Origin: Octopus sinensis | Lineage: Eukaryota | Reading direction: 5' to 3' | Length of the DNA stretch: 64,000 bases | Assembly (NCBI RefSeq): GCF_006345805.1 | Contig: NC_043005.1 | Location: 83,018,001 to 83,082,000, forward strand | Shown: in pieces, positions 40,159-54,174 of the stretch | Layout: every line of letters begins with the position of its first letter | Position numbering within the stretch: position 1 is the stretch's first letter | Notes under the pieces: model-generated | Told to the model about the DNA's origin: nothing | What the model saw: only the letters and a program-made list of their open reading frames with translations | Databases searched by the model: none | Program-made: the position numbers and the translations under genes

Positions 40159-40748
40159 AATTTTACATAATCTAAATCTCCTCAACTATTTAATTTTTTC
40201 TCAATCTAAATCTCTTCATCTATTTAATTTTTTTTCAAACTCTATTTAAAAGGCAAATTATAATCTGCAAACAGTAAAAATATTTATTTTCGTTGTAATG
40301 GATATTAGAAGAGAAGTACATGTAAAAATGAAGATACAAAGATGACAAAACAAGACTAGAAGTTACGAGAAATACAAACGATATATTCAAAATTATCAAA
40401 AGTCAAAATAGCAAACACCTGGGGATTCTAGCAAAAAGGCGAGAAAAAAACCAGTGAAGTGTTGACCCGACATAGCGAAGGTGAGACTGAACAAATCATT
40501 AATATCCAGTAGTATTAAATCTCCAAAAGATTGAGTGGAACATTAACGAAACAGATTTTCGCATGAAAAATATATTTTTGCAAATAAAGAATTGTTGATA
40601 TTCTTTCACATCTTTTCTTGTAGGTTCTTCAATTCTACAATCTTACTTAGGGCCAAAAGCGCTACAACGATCCGTAGAAGCCAGAGTAAAAGTTTACCCG
40701 AAAGACAGTTTTTTCACATATTTACATACATATGTACACGCGCGCGCG

Positions 40749-40792
<44 letters not shown>

Positions 40793-41379
40793 ACACACAC
40801 ACATATATATGTATATATATATATAGGTTTATATGATTTTGTGCATATATATGCATTTGCAATTGTCTCTCTCCCTCTGTCTTTTTCTTTCTCCCGGTCT
40901 CTCTCTTACTCTCTCTTTATATGCACACATATCCATACCTATATATATATATATGTGTGTGTGTGAGTGTGTGTGTGTGTGTGTGTGGTGTGTGTGTGTG
41001 CATACACGCACAAACATATACATGCACAGAGTCATACACATACATATTACTAACAGAAAGCGAGAGGTAGATAGTTGCGAAGAGCAAGAATTATGAGACA
41101 CAAATGCAAAACAGAAAAGTACGAAATAAACGGAAACAAAAGGATTTGCTTAATTTGCTCAACAGCCATATTGAAATGTATAATTTAATTTCCTTTGAAA
41201 TATCTATCAACATATTTCTTCCGTTATTAATCTAATTATCTAACATGATAGTCTCATTGTGTTAATAACCTATATTAATGATGACAACAGCAGTTTCACA
41301 TGTATAATTGAGTGACTGTACATCCTCCACAGTGTTATATATCCATGTATTATCATCATCATCATCAGCAGCAGCAGCC

Positions 41380-41433
<54 letters not shown>

Positions 41434-41479
41434 TAGTAGTAGTAGTAGTCAGCTATCACATGCTAATTTAATTAGCAGA

Positions 41480-41800
41480 GATGCCATCCTAATGTTTAGA
41501 GAGAAGTATCCTCAAATCTCAAAAATTTTTTAGACAATACAGGATGGCACTTTACTGCAGGTCGGCATTGTGCGTCTCAATTCCAGTGTCATTCAGTATC
41601 TTAAGTAGCAGTTTGGTTAAAGTGTTGTTCCAATTGCACTAATTACCATAGGAACAACTTTTCACCTTTGTGTTCAACAGTCTCTTAATCTGTCTGGTTA
41701 AGTCTGGTTATTTCTCGGATTTTCTCAATTTATTTGATAGTCATTTTATATTACGTGGCATTGCAAAATCTACGACGAAATTTTGTTTCTTTTTTTTTTT
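41480..41800 (-). mobile_element. Highly decayed R4/Dong-like LINE 3' fragment
   Basis: Minus-strand remnants PDLTRQIKRLLNTKV / VPMVISAIGT resemble the RLE-LINE C-terminus. Confidence 0.5.
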
Positions 41801-42269
41801 TTCGTCACTCTCCGATCATATTTCGTCTCTTTACTCGAATAGGATAATCAGTCTCTATGGAGAAATTTCATAAAAGTCTGTAATTGTCATTCGTCATTAC
41901 AAACTCTAGCTTATTTTCGAACCACCTATCCGTCACTTTGCATCACTAAATGTGTATCATTTAAACATTGAAGTAAGTTCCTTTTCTCCTCTTTAACATC
42001 TTTTCCTTCCATGAAGTAAATCTTGTTCTCCTTGGCTACTATATCTTTCATTTTAACCACATTTCTTTCAACTATTTCTTATTTAGTTTCCACTTTAACG
42101 TTCTTTCAATGTTTAGAAAATTTATTCCCACTCTAACTGATAAAGAAACTTTCTTGTCAGGATTAGATTTTACTTGTATAGAAGTATTTGTTCTATAAGG
42201 AACATATTTTTATTCATATTATATTCAAATTATGTTTGGTTTGATTCAGGTTTGGTCTTATTCCTCGTA

Positions 42270-42560
42270 CGATTTATGTGGGTAGCAGGTTACTACCTGT
42301 AACCTTAGGCATCCACAAGTTTTCAGTAGTCTTTCAAGTGCTTAGAACCCTCCTGATAATCCTTGCTGTTCCTAAGAGACAAACTTTGTGTAGGAGCTCT
42401 ACAGGGCATTCTATTTCAACCTCCTTCAGCCATTTCTCTATATCTTTGCATACTGCTCCCAACGCATCAATGATCATACACACGAATTTGACTGTTCACA
42501 TACTCCAGATTCTTCCTATTACAAATTTTAAGAGATTGTATTTTCGTTTCGTGCTCATCC
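42270..42560 (-). mobile_element. R4/Dong-like LINE 3' fragment next to (TAA)n
   Basis: KYNLLKFVIGRIWSM*TVKFVCMIIDALGAVCKDIEKWLKEVEIECPVELLHKVCLLGTARIIRRVLST. The Dong clade is known to prefer TAA repeats. Confidence 0.75.
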
Positions 42561-42601
42561 ATTTCGATCCTGGAGCATGGTTGTTGCTGTTGTTTTTGTT
42601 A

Positions 42602-42673
<72 letters not shown>

Positions 42674-42753
42674 CTTCGTAACACAGTGTAGGTAAAAATG
42701 CACCGGAGTCTTTAGTCTTCTGATAAGTCACATTATTATTTTTATTATTATTA

Positions 42754-42790
<37 letters not shown>

Positions 42791-42818
42791 CATCATCATC
42801 ATTATTATTATCACTGTT

Positions 42819-43037
42819 GAGGCGGCGAGCTGGCAGAATCATTAGCACACTGGGGCAAAATGCTTAGCAGCATTTCGTCCGACTTTATGTTCTAAGTTTA
42901 AATTCTGCCGAGGTCGACTTTACCTTTCATCCTTTCGGGGTCGATAAAATAAGTACCAGTTGAACACTGGGGTCGGTGTAATCGAATAACCCCTCCCCAC
43001 AATTTCTGGCCTTGCTTATGCCTATAGTAGAAAGGAT
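42819..43037 (+). mobile_element. Well-preserved copy of the ~210-bp SINE (decayed copy at 43160-43370)
   Basis: GAGGCGGCGAGCTGGCAGAATC...GGCCTTGCTTATGCCTATAGTAGAAAGGATT. Confidence 0.88.
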
Positions 43038-43107
43038 TGTTGTTGTTGTTGTTGTTGTTGCTGCTGCTGTTATTGTTGTTGCTGTTGTTGTTGTTGCTGT
43101 TGTTATT

Positions 43108-43145
<38 letters not shown>

Positions 43146-44536
43146 AGTAATAGATAGACAGCATTTTTAGAGCGTTGGTCAAAATGTCTTGCACTTTTTT
43201 GTTTCAGCTCTTTACGTTTCGAGTTTAAATGTGGCCGAAACCAGCTTTCTCTTTCAACCTTCTGGGGTCGATAAAATAAAGCACCAACCGACTAACAGGA
43301 ATCGATGTAATTGACAAACTCTTCTCCTTAAAACTGCTGTCCTTGTACATAAACCAGAAACAATTAGTATTATTTAATATACAGAAATAGACAATGGTGC
43401 TCATTCGAATCCAAGATGACAACAATTGGCACAGTTGAAGGTTTAGGTTTTCTTATACCAAAGATATCATAATTATTTTCACTGATATTTGAAAAGGCAC
43501 CGCTGGTGAGTCACACATATAAGTCTAGTGCAACTAAAACTATACCATCCGTGACTAAAGAATGCAAAGAACTCAATATCATAAAAGACTTGGATATTAA
43601 TGACGGCTCATATCTGTATTGATTTGTTGAAATTAAGGACGATAGATCGGTAGCTGATAATGTCTGAGAAATGTCCTGTATGTGTGTGTGTGTGTTGTAA
43701 CCTAGCAGTTCAGCAAAAAGGACCAATGGAATAATTACAAGACTATCAATAAGAAGTGTTGTGACCGATTTGTTCAACTAGACTCTTCCAATCGTTGTTC
43801 CAGCATGGCCGCAGTCCAATGGCTGAAAGAAGTATAAGAATACACTGACAGATGCGCATATAAAAACGTATGATAGCAGGATGGCAGACTCGGTTGAATG
43901 TCGAAGAAAATAAACTGTTATTTCGTTACGCTATTTTAAGTTCACAGATCAAATACTTTCGAGGACCATTCTCCAAATCGATCAAACCAATAAACACAAA
44001 TCGATATCCCGGATGACGTAGGTAATCTAAGTAATCGATGATACCCTACAAGGTTGTACTCTAGCATGGTAACTACCAATAAAGAAGGCCATTAAAACAG
44101 AAAAAAGAAAAGCTATGCTTTGACAGTCATTAAAACTGAGGAAATAACGAAACAGAAGGTAGCCATTAAAATATGGAGAATAGGGACACTGCCATACAAT
44201 TAGCTACATAAGATATACGGTGTATCATAAATGCAAATATAAAAACAAAGTTCGTGGGTGGAGAGATATATGCATTGCAAAAATTAGAGATCAAGCAATT
44301 AGATAAGAATTCCGATGTGGAATAACAGTCTGTTGTCTATTGTGCCAAATAGCGCTATTGGAAGCCTGGCACAATATGGTAAAGTTTGTGGATGATGCAA
44401 CAAAACAAATAATTGCTTCCCGGTACAAGTGGTACAATACACAGAGAATAACAACGCAGCTAATAGTTTGTAAATATGTGTCTGTGTGTGTGTGTGTGTA
44501 TGAATTTATACATGCTTAAATTTACGTATATATATA

Positions 44537-44604
<68 letters not shown>

Positions 44605-44932
44605 CATGTATGTATGTATATGTGTATGTATATGTTATGTAAGTATATGTATACGTCTGTATGTATGTATATATGTATGTATGTATGTATGTATACATGC
44701 GCATATGCATATATATTTTGTAAAATACGCATATGTGTACATACGAAATCATGGAGGCCACTTTTGAAAAAGCTTTAATAAATCAAATTAAGACATTACT
44801 ATGGTTTTCTTTCTATGGATAAATTCAATAATGAACCAAAAAGAATGCAACACGAGACAAAAATTCTTTATACAAACAGCCACATATACATACACACACA
44901 CACACATGCACACACACACCACACACACACAC

Positions 44933-44984
<52 letters not shown>

Positions 44985-45085
44985 ATATACGTATGTATGT
45001 ACGTATGTATGTATATAATATATATATATATATACATGCATATGTGCATGTATATATTGCGCCTAAGTTTGCGAATGCATGTATG

Positions 45086-45125
<40 letters not shown>

Positions 45126-45394
45126 GAGAGAGAGAGGGAGAGAGAGAGAGAGAGAGAGATATGTGTGTGCATATGTATGTATGAGTATATATATATACGT
45201 GTGTGTGTGCATGCGAGTTTATATGTGTATGTATACATATATATTATATGTATGTATATATAACATTCACATATGTATGCGTACACATACATTTACATTT
45301 ATACACACACACATGCACAGAGCGATTTATGCATGTGTGTATGTATATGTTATGTAAGTATATGTATACGTCTGTATGTATGTATATGTGTATG

Positions 45395-45446
<52 letters not shown>

Positions 45447-45677
45447 ATATATGTATATATATCACAAGCCTAAGCAGTAGTACACAATATTAACAGAGTG
45501 AATGAAGATAGTGGTGAAAGATAAAGAATGAGAGAGAAACAAAAAGTAAGAGAGGATGAAGGGGAGTTGGTCAGAGTGAAACAAAGAGCGAATTGCAAAT
45601 TGCAATACATGCAGGTTTTATTTTGTTTTCACTAACACATGCCAACATATATACACACACAACACACACGCGCGCAT

Positions 45678-45737
<60 letters not shown>

Positions 45738-48044
45738 ACACATCATTGTACTAAGTAGCGGAGAACCGTAGAAACTATACAAGTAATTTGAGTATCACTT
45801 TTCATCAGCTTTTCAAAAACTTTTCTTTTAAATTCAAAATATTTCGGAGATGAACTACTAGTTATGAACCTCCTAGAAACAGAGTTTATAGAGTAATATC
45901 TTCTCTTTTCATTAGTAACGTTCTCAAAACCAAACGAATTTTAAAACTTTACCCATCTTTCCCAAAGTGTCGGTATTTTAATATTTTCCTATGCATATGT
46001 TTCCTGCTATTGTTGACTTGCTTAGCATATTCATGGAATTTAGGTGCGCGATGCATTAATGGTATGCGTCTCACTAGGCTAAGATGGATTGCAAATTCTA
46101 TGGCTCCAATTTTTTTTCAGGGCCCAGCAAGATAAAAAAATGCTTTTTTGTTTGTTCCTGTACCCTGAGCTAAGTCTATCCTCATCAGGAATATAAATTA
46201 TTAAGCAAATTCCAGCAATGACTACACTACATTTTTTTCATGCATTGGGCACAGGCGTGGTAAGAACCTTGTTTCACAAACACATGGTTCTGGGTTCAGT
46301 TCCACTGTATGACACCTTGGGCAAGTGTCTTCTGCAATAGCCTCAACCTTGTAAGTGAATTTAGTAGACGGAAAGTAAAAGTAGCCCGTCGTGTATGTGT
46401 GTGTGTGTCCCTGTGTGTGTGTGTGTGTGTGTTTCTGACTGTGTTTGTCTCCCACCACCGCTTGACAATCGGTGTTGGTGTGCTTACCACTACGTAACTT
46501 AGAGATTCGACAAAAGGGACCGATAGAATAAGTACTAGGCTTCAAAAGATAAGGCCTAGGGTCGACTTGTTCACCTAAAATCCTTCTAGCCACAATATTC
46601 TATACGATGCAATTTAAGACGGCAGGATGTAACTGGAAGATTTGGCTATCATGTCTAGCAGATGTTGTAACCACGAACGTATATTCTCCCTCGTTGGCTC
46701 CTTTTAATATTTTTAGTTCATGAAGGCCGAATTGGTAGGGAGACTGTTAAACCATCTTGTGGTATTTACATTGCTTCAAATCCTACCTGGGTCAACTTTG
46801 CTCTAAGGTCGATAAAACATGTAGCAGCGAGCTACTGAGATCGATTTAAACGACTGTATCCATCCCCTAATGTCAGTGACCTAGTTCCTATATTATAAAC
46901 CAGTATAAAACGCATAAAACCTATGAGTTATAGAGCAAGAAGTAAGAATTTAGTGGCTCGGTTATAATGTGAAAGAGAGTTTCAACTAACAGAAGAATCT
47001 TTTTCATTTCACTCACTTCAGGCATTCCTTTCAAAAGGTAATTAACGCCACAAAATGGCATGAGGCTCACCAAGTCTCATTGTCTTCTGACTTAAACTTG
47101 TGTTTCCCAAATCTTATATTAATATTGATAATTGCTTTAAGAATCGGTGTCCTTGTCCAGAAAGTTGTGGTTTTTATGCCTGTTTATTATATAAGAAATC
47201 ATCATTAATATATGTTAGTATGGGCCATATGCTACCGAGTCTCAGAGATATGTTTGAACACTGTTTTTGTTGTTATTGTTGCTATTGTTGTTGTTACTGC
47301 TGCTGCTGCTATCGTTGTTGCTACTGCTGCGTTGTTCCACTCCAGCTTCGTATTCATTGAACAAATTTAAGATAAAAGGGGCTCAAGGTGTGATCATCCT
47401 GTCTCCTTTAAAGTAGAGCATAGCCAGGACTACATTTTCTGGCATAGAGATGTCTCAGACCAATTTTAGTATGATAGGATGCGATTTGATGGAGTGTTGG
47501 CTTCTATTATTAGCAGATCGAGTATTTTTTTTATTGCTCTAATTGCTTCGTCACAATTCAGTTCTAATCGTGCTGATGTGTGATCAAAGTCGTCCCACTT
47601 GTGTACATGTCTAGGATTGTATGTCTGGGTGTTTAATATGACCAGCAGAGTCTAATTTAAGGGTGAATTGGCTACCATTTCTCGAACGTCAGCGACTCTC
47701 AAGATAGTTATTTACTGGTCACTTACTGCCTCATAAACTGAGTCCGTTGTTCACACCAGTAAATTTACATTTGTATTAGACCTCTATTTGTTCACTCAAC
47801 CTCCTCTAAATATCAGTTAAATCGCTCTTAAATGACACCTTGTCATTTTAAGAAAGGACAGGTTACATTGGGTTATGTAGTCCAAGATTCATTATGTCTG
47901 GAATGAAGATAGGGAGGGATGATCACAACTTAATGTGAACCGTGGTTATCTCTTTATTGGGAGTCACGTGACTGGAAGGAAACTACCAGTATTGCCAGTC
48001 AAGCAAACAGTTTGTTGTTTGTTACAAAAGAAAAGTTTGAAATG

Positions 48045-48460
48045 AGGAGCTGCCTTGAAAATCATGAAAACATCAGTACAAGATTTAAAATAATGAAGGT
48101 TATATTTATCATGGGAACAAGAGAGAGGGGAGAGAGTTCCATAAAAGAGCTGTTCGAAGAAAAAAGCTACCAGAGAAGAAACACACCTTGCAAGGAGGGT
48201 CAAAAATAATGAAAGTATAAGAATTTATATAGAGAGGAGTATTCGAGGGTAAAAATAAAGGTGGGGAGCGGCAGGAAAACGACCAAGAAAAATATTTATA
48301 GAATAGAGAAAAAGAAGGAAAGTCAGAGCGTTAAGAGAGGAATTGAAGTTCAGCTGAATATAGAGAATCACGGATATTAGGTACTCGGCTTGGAATTCAA
48401 TCAAATAGAAAAAGAACTTCACCAGAGGCACCAGCTCAAATATGTCAACTGGATTTCATA
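48045..48460 (-). mobile_element. Decayed CR1/L2/Jockey-group LINE 3' fragment
   Basis: Minus-strand remnants resembling SLFYKYF, FF..TALLWNSLP and YNLHYFK. Confidence 0.5.
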
Positions 48461-49234
48461 CAAGGGCGAATAAGCAATTCATAAAGACGATGAATATATT
48501 CATAAAGGAAATAATGACGAGCTCACCTTTTTTCCCCTCACCTTTTGTCCATAAATATGTCTAGATAGCTCTGAATTTGAGATAAACAACAACCATTCTT
48601 TCAGTTGGATAATTCACTAGAATACGAGACTGCAATTAACTTACCCCTCCCACCACGATTTACCTTTCCATACATGGAGAGGTAAATGGAAGTGGGTGGG
48701 GGATTGTATATGTATGTTAAAGACTGTACCCTGTCTTATACTGCCGCGCTAATTCGGATTGAGAACTCACATTAATAATAAATGTTCTCTGTGGAATACT
48801 CGACCACTCTCATATTAATATCATAAGTAAGGGTTCAGTTCAGTATCCCAAACATTTGATTGCATGTCGTCGAAATAGACGGATGATCCAATACTATCAT
48901 ATTCATGTACTGAGATACAGAGAAACAATAACCAATAACACGAGAAGACAGCACATGTAGCATTATGTTTCCATGTCGTGTGCATAGCACTTAAAAGAGC
49001 CTGAGGGAACTGGTAATCTCACTGAATTGCCATATGTTTAATTTATCTATATTCTCATCTATTCATTCATTCGTTTATTCATTATATCATCTATCCTTCT
49101 GTAACTATCTTTCCTCCTCGGAATGTTTTCTCCGCATATTACATAGTATATAAACAATCTGAATTGGTGTTGCATCTCCTGAAATATATTGTTATGTGAA
49201 ATGGCAAGGAATAAGGTGTATACATACACACATG

Positions 49235-49313
<79 letters not shown>

Positions 49314-49539
49314 GATATATATATAATATATATATATGTATATGCATACCACTGCTGAGCTCTAAACCAGGCGTTATCTTAAACACATGACAAGACATAT
49401 ATCACATGCAACGCTATTCCATTAGTTATGTTATGCTTTATCTAACGTGAAAAAATGAAATGTTAATTTAGCAAAGTGCTAAGACTCGAAAAAGACAATA
49501 TTATTTTCCTATCTATCCTTGTATCTATTTATCTATATA

Positions 49540-49640
<101 letters not shown>

Positions 49641-49713
49641 GTAAACACACACACACATATTTACATATTTATATCGCCATCTCGCCCCGCTTTCTTTCCT
49701 CCTCCCTATATTC

Positions 49714-49757
<44 letters not shown>

Positions 49758-49819
49758 ATGTGTGTGTGTGTATATGTATATATATATGTATGTATATATA
49801 TATATATTATATATATATA

Positions 49820-49872
<53 letters not shown>

Positions 49873-50014
49873 CATTCATACATACTTAAATGTATATATC
49901 GTGTTTGTGTATGTCTATATATATGTGTGTGTATGTGTATGTGTGTGTGCATGAAGATATATTCATAAATATATGTATTTACACAAACAGACATATATAT
50001 ATATATATATATAT

Positions 50015-50066
<52 letters not shown>

Positions 50067-50576
50067 TATATACATAGCTGCATTAATACATATACATACA
50101 CCCACGCACACATACTTATAGAGATATAAGCTTGTGTGTACATATACAGATACATTTATAAATAAACACACACATACATACATACATAAATACATACATA
50201 CATACATTCATACATAAATATATACATACATGCATGCAAACATCCATAATGTATTCGTTACAAATGCATATTCTATGACTATTGATCATAGAAAATGTTG
50301 AGTTTTATATGTTAATACCCTCTAGATACATTTTTATGTAAATAGCCATCTTTCATTTTTACTGACTTGTTAAAATATACCCACGTAAATACGATCTATC
50401 TTCACTTCATGCTCCACTTTGGAGTCTGATGTTTTCAGACTGTATTGACAACGTATAAATCATCAGGCCTGTTTGTTTTTGTATTATTTATTGGAAATAT
50501 TCTTTCAATTCACTTTACATATCTGTAGACAATCTGATAAATTACTCTCGCAGTTCGTGTTACAAAGTTAATAATG

Positions 50577-50664
<88 letters not shown>

Positions 50665-51161
50665 TGATGATGGTAATAATGAAAATAAAGATTTCTTTTA
50701 GTTTTCTTAAATAATAGCACTAACAACCAAAATGTTATTGACAATAACAATGATAATAACAATAATGATTTCTTTTAGTTTTTAATAATAACGACTATGA
50801 AGAGGATGTTGATGATGGTGACGATGACTTCTTTTAGTTTTCTTAAATGATGGTGGTGGCGGCGGCGTTGGGGGCGGGGTGGGGGGTTCAGTTCTTTTAG
50901 ATTTTCAAGGGAAGAGGAAAAACAACAACAACAACAATGACGACGCCAACGGCGGTGACAATAAGACAACAGCAACAACAAGAATTATCTGAAGAAAAAA
51001 TATGATGTGAGAGAAGAAAAGTTTTAGTGACCAGCCATCGTTGTGGTTCTTCGGAGATATGGTATCTATTGAAAGTAGTAATATGCTAACATGCTAGTCA
51101 TATCGCCTTCTCATAAAGCAAATTTTCAAAATAGTAATAATAATGATAATAATAATAAAAC

Positions 51162-51208
<47 letters not shown>

Positions 51209-52045
51209 TAATATAATAATAATAATAAATAATAATAATAATAATAATAATAATATAATAATAATATAATAATAATAATAAAGAAGAAAAGAAGAAGAAG
51301 AAGAAGAAGAAGAAGAACAACAACAGCATCAAGAACAACAAAACAGCAAGTATGATGATAATAATAGTATGGTGGTGGTGGTCGTCGTTGTCGTCGTCGT
51401 CGTCGTCGTCGTTGTCGTGGTAGTGGTCATGATGGTGGTGACGGCGATGACGGCGATGATGATGATTATGAAAGCGGATTCAAAATGAAGGATGGTATAC
51501 AAATAAAGATAAAATAAACTAGAAAAAGATAAAGTACTTTTTTTCTTTTTTCTGAATTGTACGATAATCTGTAAAAGGGTTCTTAGGTGAACGTGGACGT
51601 TGCATTAAACATTTAAGACTTGACCAATAAAACGATGTTACTGACAGAATTTCAATTCATACTTTGTTTATAGATAGGCTTTGCTCTATAAATTCAAGAG
51701 AAAGAAAGGAAGAAAGATGGAAACAAGCAAACAAGCAAACAAACCAATAAATAAGCAAAAGAAAAAACAAAAAGAAGATGAAACGGCTTCTTTGCTGAGG
51801 CGACGGAAATCTTATTTAGTTTTCGCAACTTTCTTCAAGCAATATTTTGTAGTTAAATAGATATTGTCGAGTTTTTAAAAGGCAAACTTAATCACAGAAC
51901 TACGTGAATACGTAAACGGTAGATAAAAGAAGCGAAACCAATAAATATAAGCATATGTGAGGGGGGGATGCAGGAAATCTGAGGGAGTGTGTTTGTGTGC
52001 ACATTCGTATGAGTTTTCTGTGTAAGTATGCATATATGCACACAT

Positions 52046-52092
<47 letters not shown>

Positions 52093-53203
52093 CATACATA
52101 CATACAGATAAACAATATATGGATTCATGTTATAGCTTACAAAAGTCATAAGTAGTTAAATGGATAAATACACATACACACACACATACACACATACACT
52201 CACACGCATAAGCAGAGAGAGTATGCTAGACAGAGAGACAGACTGATAGAGACAGGCGGACAGACAGACAGGCTTGGTTCAAGTCTTAGTTCTCGGCTAA
52301 AGGCCGCTGATATATGTATATATGCTTGTGCGTAGGTATCTGGGGCTGTGGTGATGTGGGCGTGTGTATGTGTGCTTGGGCCACTTCTGAGCAAATCGAT
52401 GTTGTTATGATGCAACATTGTAATTCTGCTTCATTTTGCAGTTTAAACCAAACGATGCGTGGATCAAACAAAAAAATTTTCTTTAAAGAAGATTCACTGC
52501 AATCTATGGCTAGTTGCAGTAATCTCAGTTTATATCTGATGTTATTCAAAGAAGTGATTAAGCTTTCGTTTCCAGCGGAAAACTAACGAAGTGGCAGTGA
52601 ACCAGGGCAAAGAAATGTTTCTCTTATTGAACACCCAGTACGCACATACAACAATGCATAACAAACAGATCTCAGCATCCATTACAGAAACTACAAATGC
52701 AAAATATAAGATAGCAAAACACAAAGAAAGTAAGCTGTGTTCTGTGTAATATTTTCGGAAAAAATAAAAATAAGTATCATATTAATGATGGCCGCTCAGG
52801 GAATCGCTATAGAGTATAAAATAAAAGATAAATATCACCAAGCCAACAAGCCAAAAACAATGCAACAAATAAAACCCTTGAGTAAAATCTGATTGTGCGA
52901 TACGAAGATGAGAAAATAGGTAGAATGAAATACAATTGCCATGGTGAAACTGGAGAGAACATAAAACCGCAAAACACATTGAAGATATAAGAAAATAAAA
53001 ATTGTCTCGTGTAAGTAAGGAGAGAAGAAATAATAGAGTTTTATATAGTTTATTCAAATATTTACTATTGTGTGCTTGGAATACATTCAGAATTATTTGA
53101 CTGTTAAATGACAAAAATTATACGGTGATATCTATGTATCTCTCTACGGGAAAACTTTTAATCTATCTTTATAACTATCTATCCATTCATCTGTCTATCT
53201 ATT

Positions 53204-53345
<142 letters not shown>

Positions 53346-53789
53346 TAGATAAATAGATAGATAGATAGATAAGATGAGATGCAGACATATAAATAAGCAG
53401 GCATATGTGTGTGTGTGTGTGTATATGTGTGTGTGTCTGTATGCATGTATATATGTATATGCCTGCTAATTTATATATCTGCATCTCATGTTATATGCGT
53501 GTGTGAGTATAAAAGGACAAAGACTGATCAGTTATATGCGTGCATATATGCGTAATTGTTTGTATATAGATACATACACACACCATCACACACATATATA
53601 TGTGCATATACAAACATATATATATATATATATATATACATATGTGTTATGTATATATATATGTATGTATGTATGTATTTATGTATGTGTGTATAGTCAA
53701 GACAAATAAACGAACAACTGAAAAAGAAAAAAAAAGAAAAAAACGAAGGTGAAGACGTGCACAAGTAATATATTAAATGAACGCTTGGT

Positions 53790-53910
53790 AAAGTGAGATA
53801 GTTGTTGTTAACGTTTCGAGTATAGCTCTTCGTCGGAAGCAGGAAGGTTCAAAGAGAAAGACGGAAAAATAGGCAAAAATAGCCAACCGTCCACGTGCAG
53901 TTACATTATA
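53790..53910 (-). mobile_element. Penelope-like terminus with a variant hammerhead core
   Basis: Minus strand CCGACGA-AGAGC-TAT-ACTC-GAAAC-GTTA at 53808-53838, adjacent to a TA tract. Confidence 0.5.
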
Positions 53911-54059
53911 TATATATTTTTTTTTTAATAGTTTCAGCTCAGAGCTGCGGCCATGCTGATGCATATATATATATTTGTATATTTGTATATATATTATATA
54001 TATATACAAATATACAAATATATATATATATATATATTAATATATATATATATAAATAT

Positions 54060-54107
<48 letters not shown>

Positions 54108-54116
54108 TATATATAT

Positions 54117-54174
<58 letters not shown>

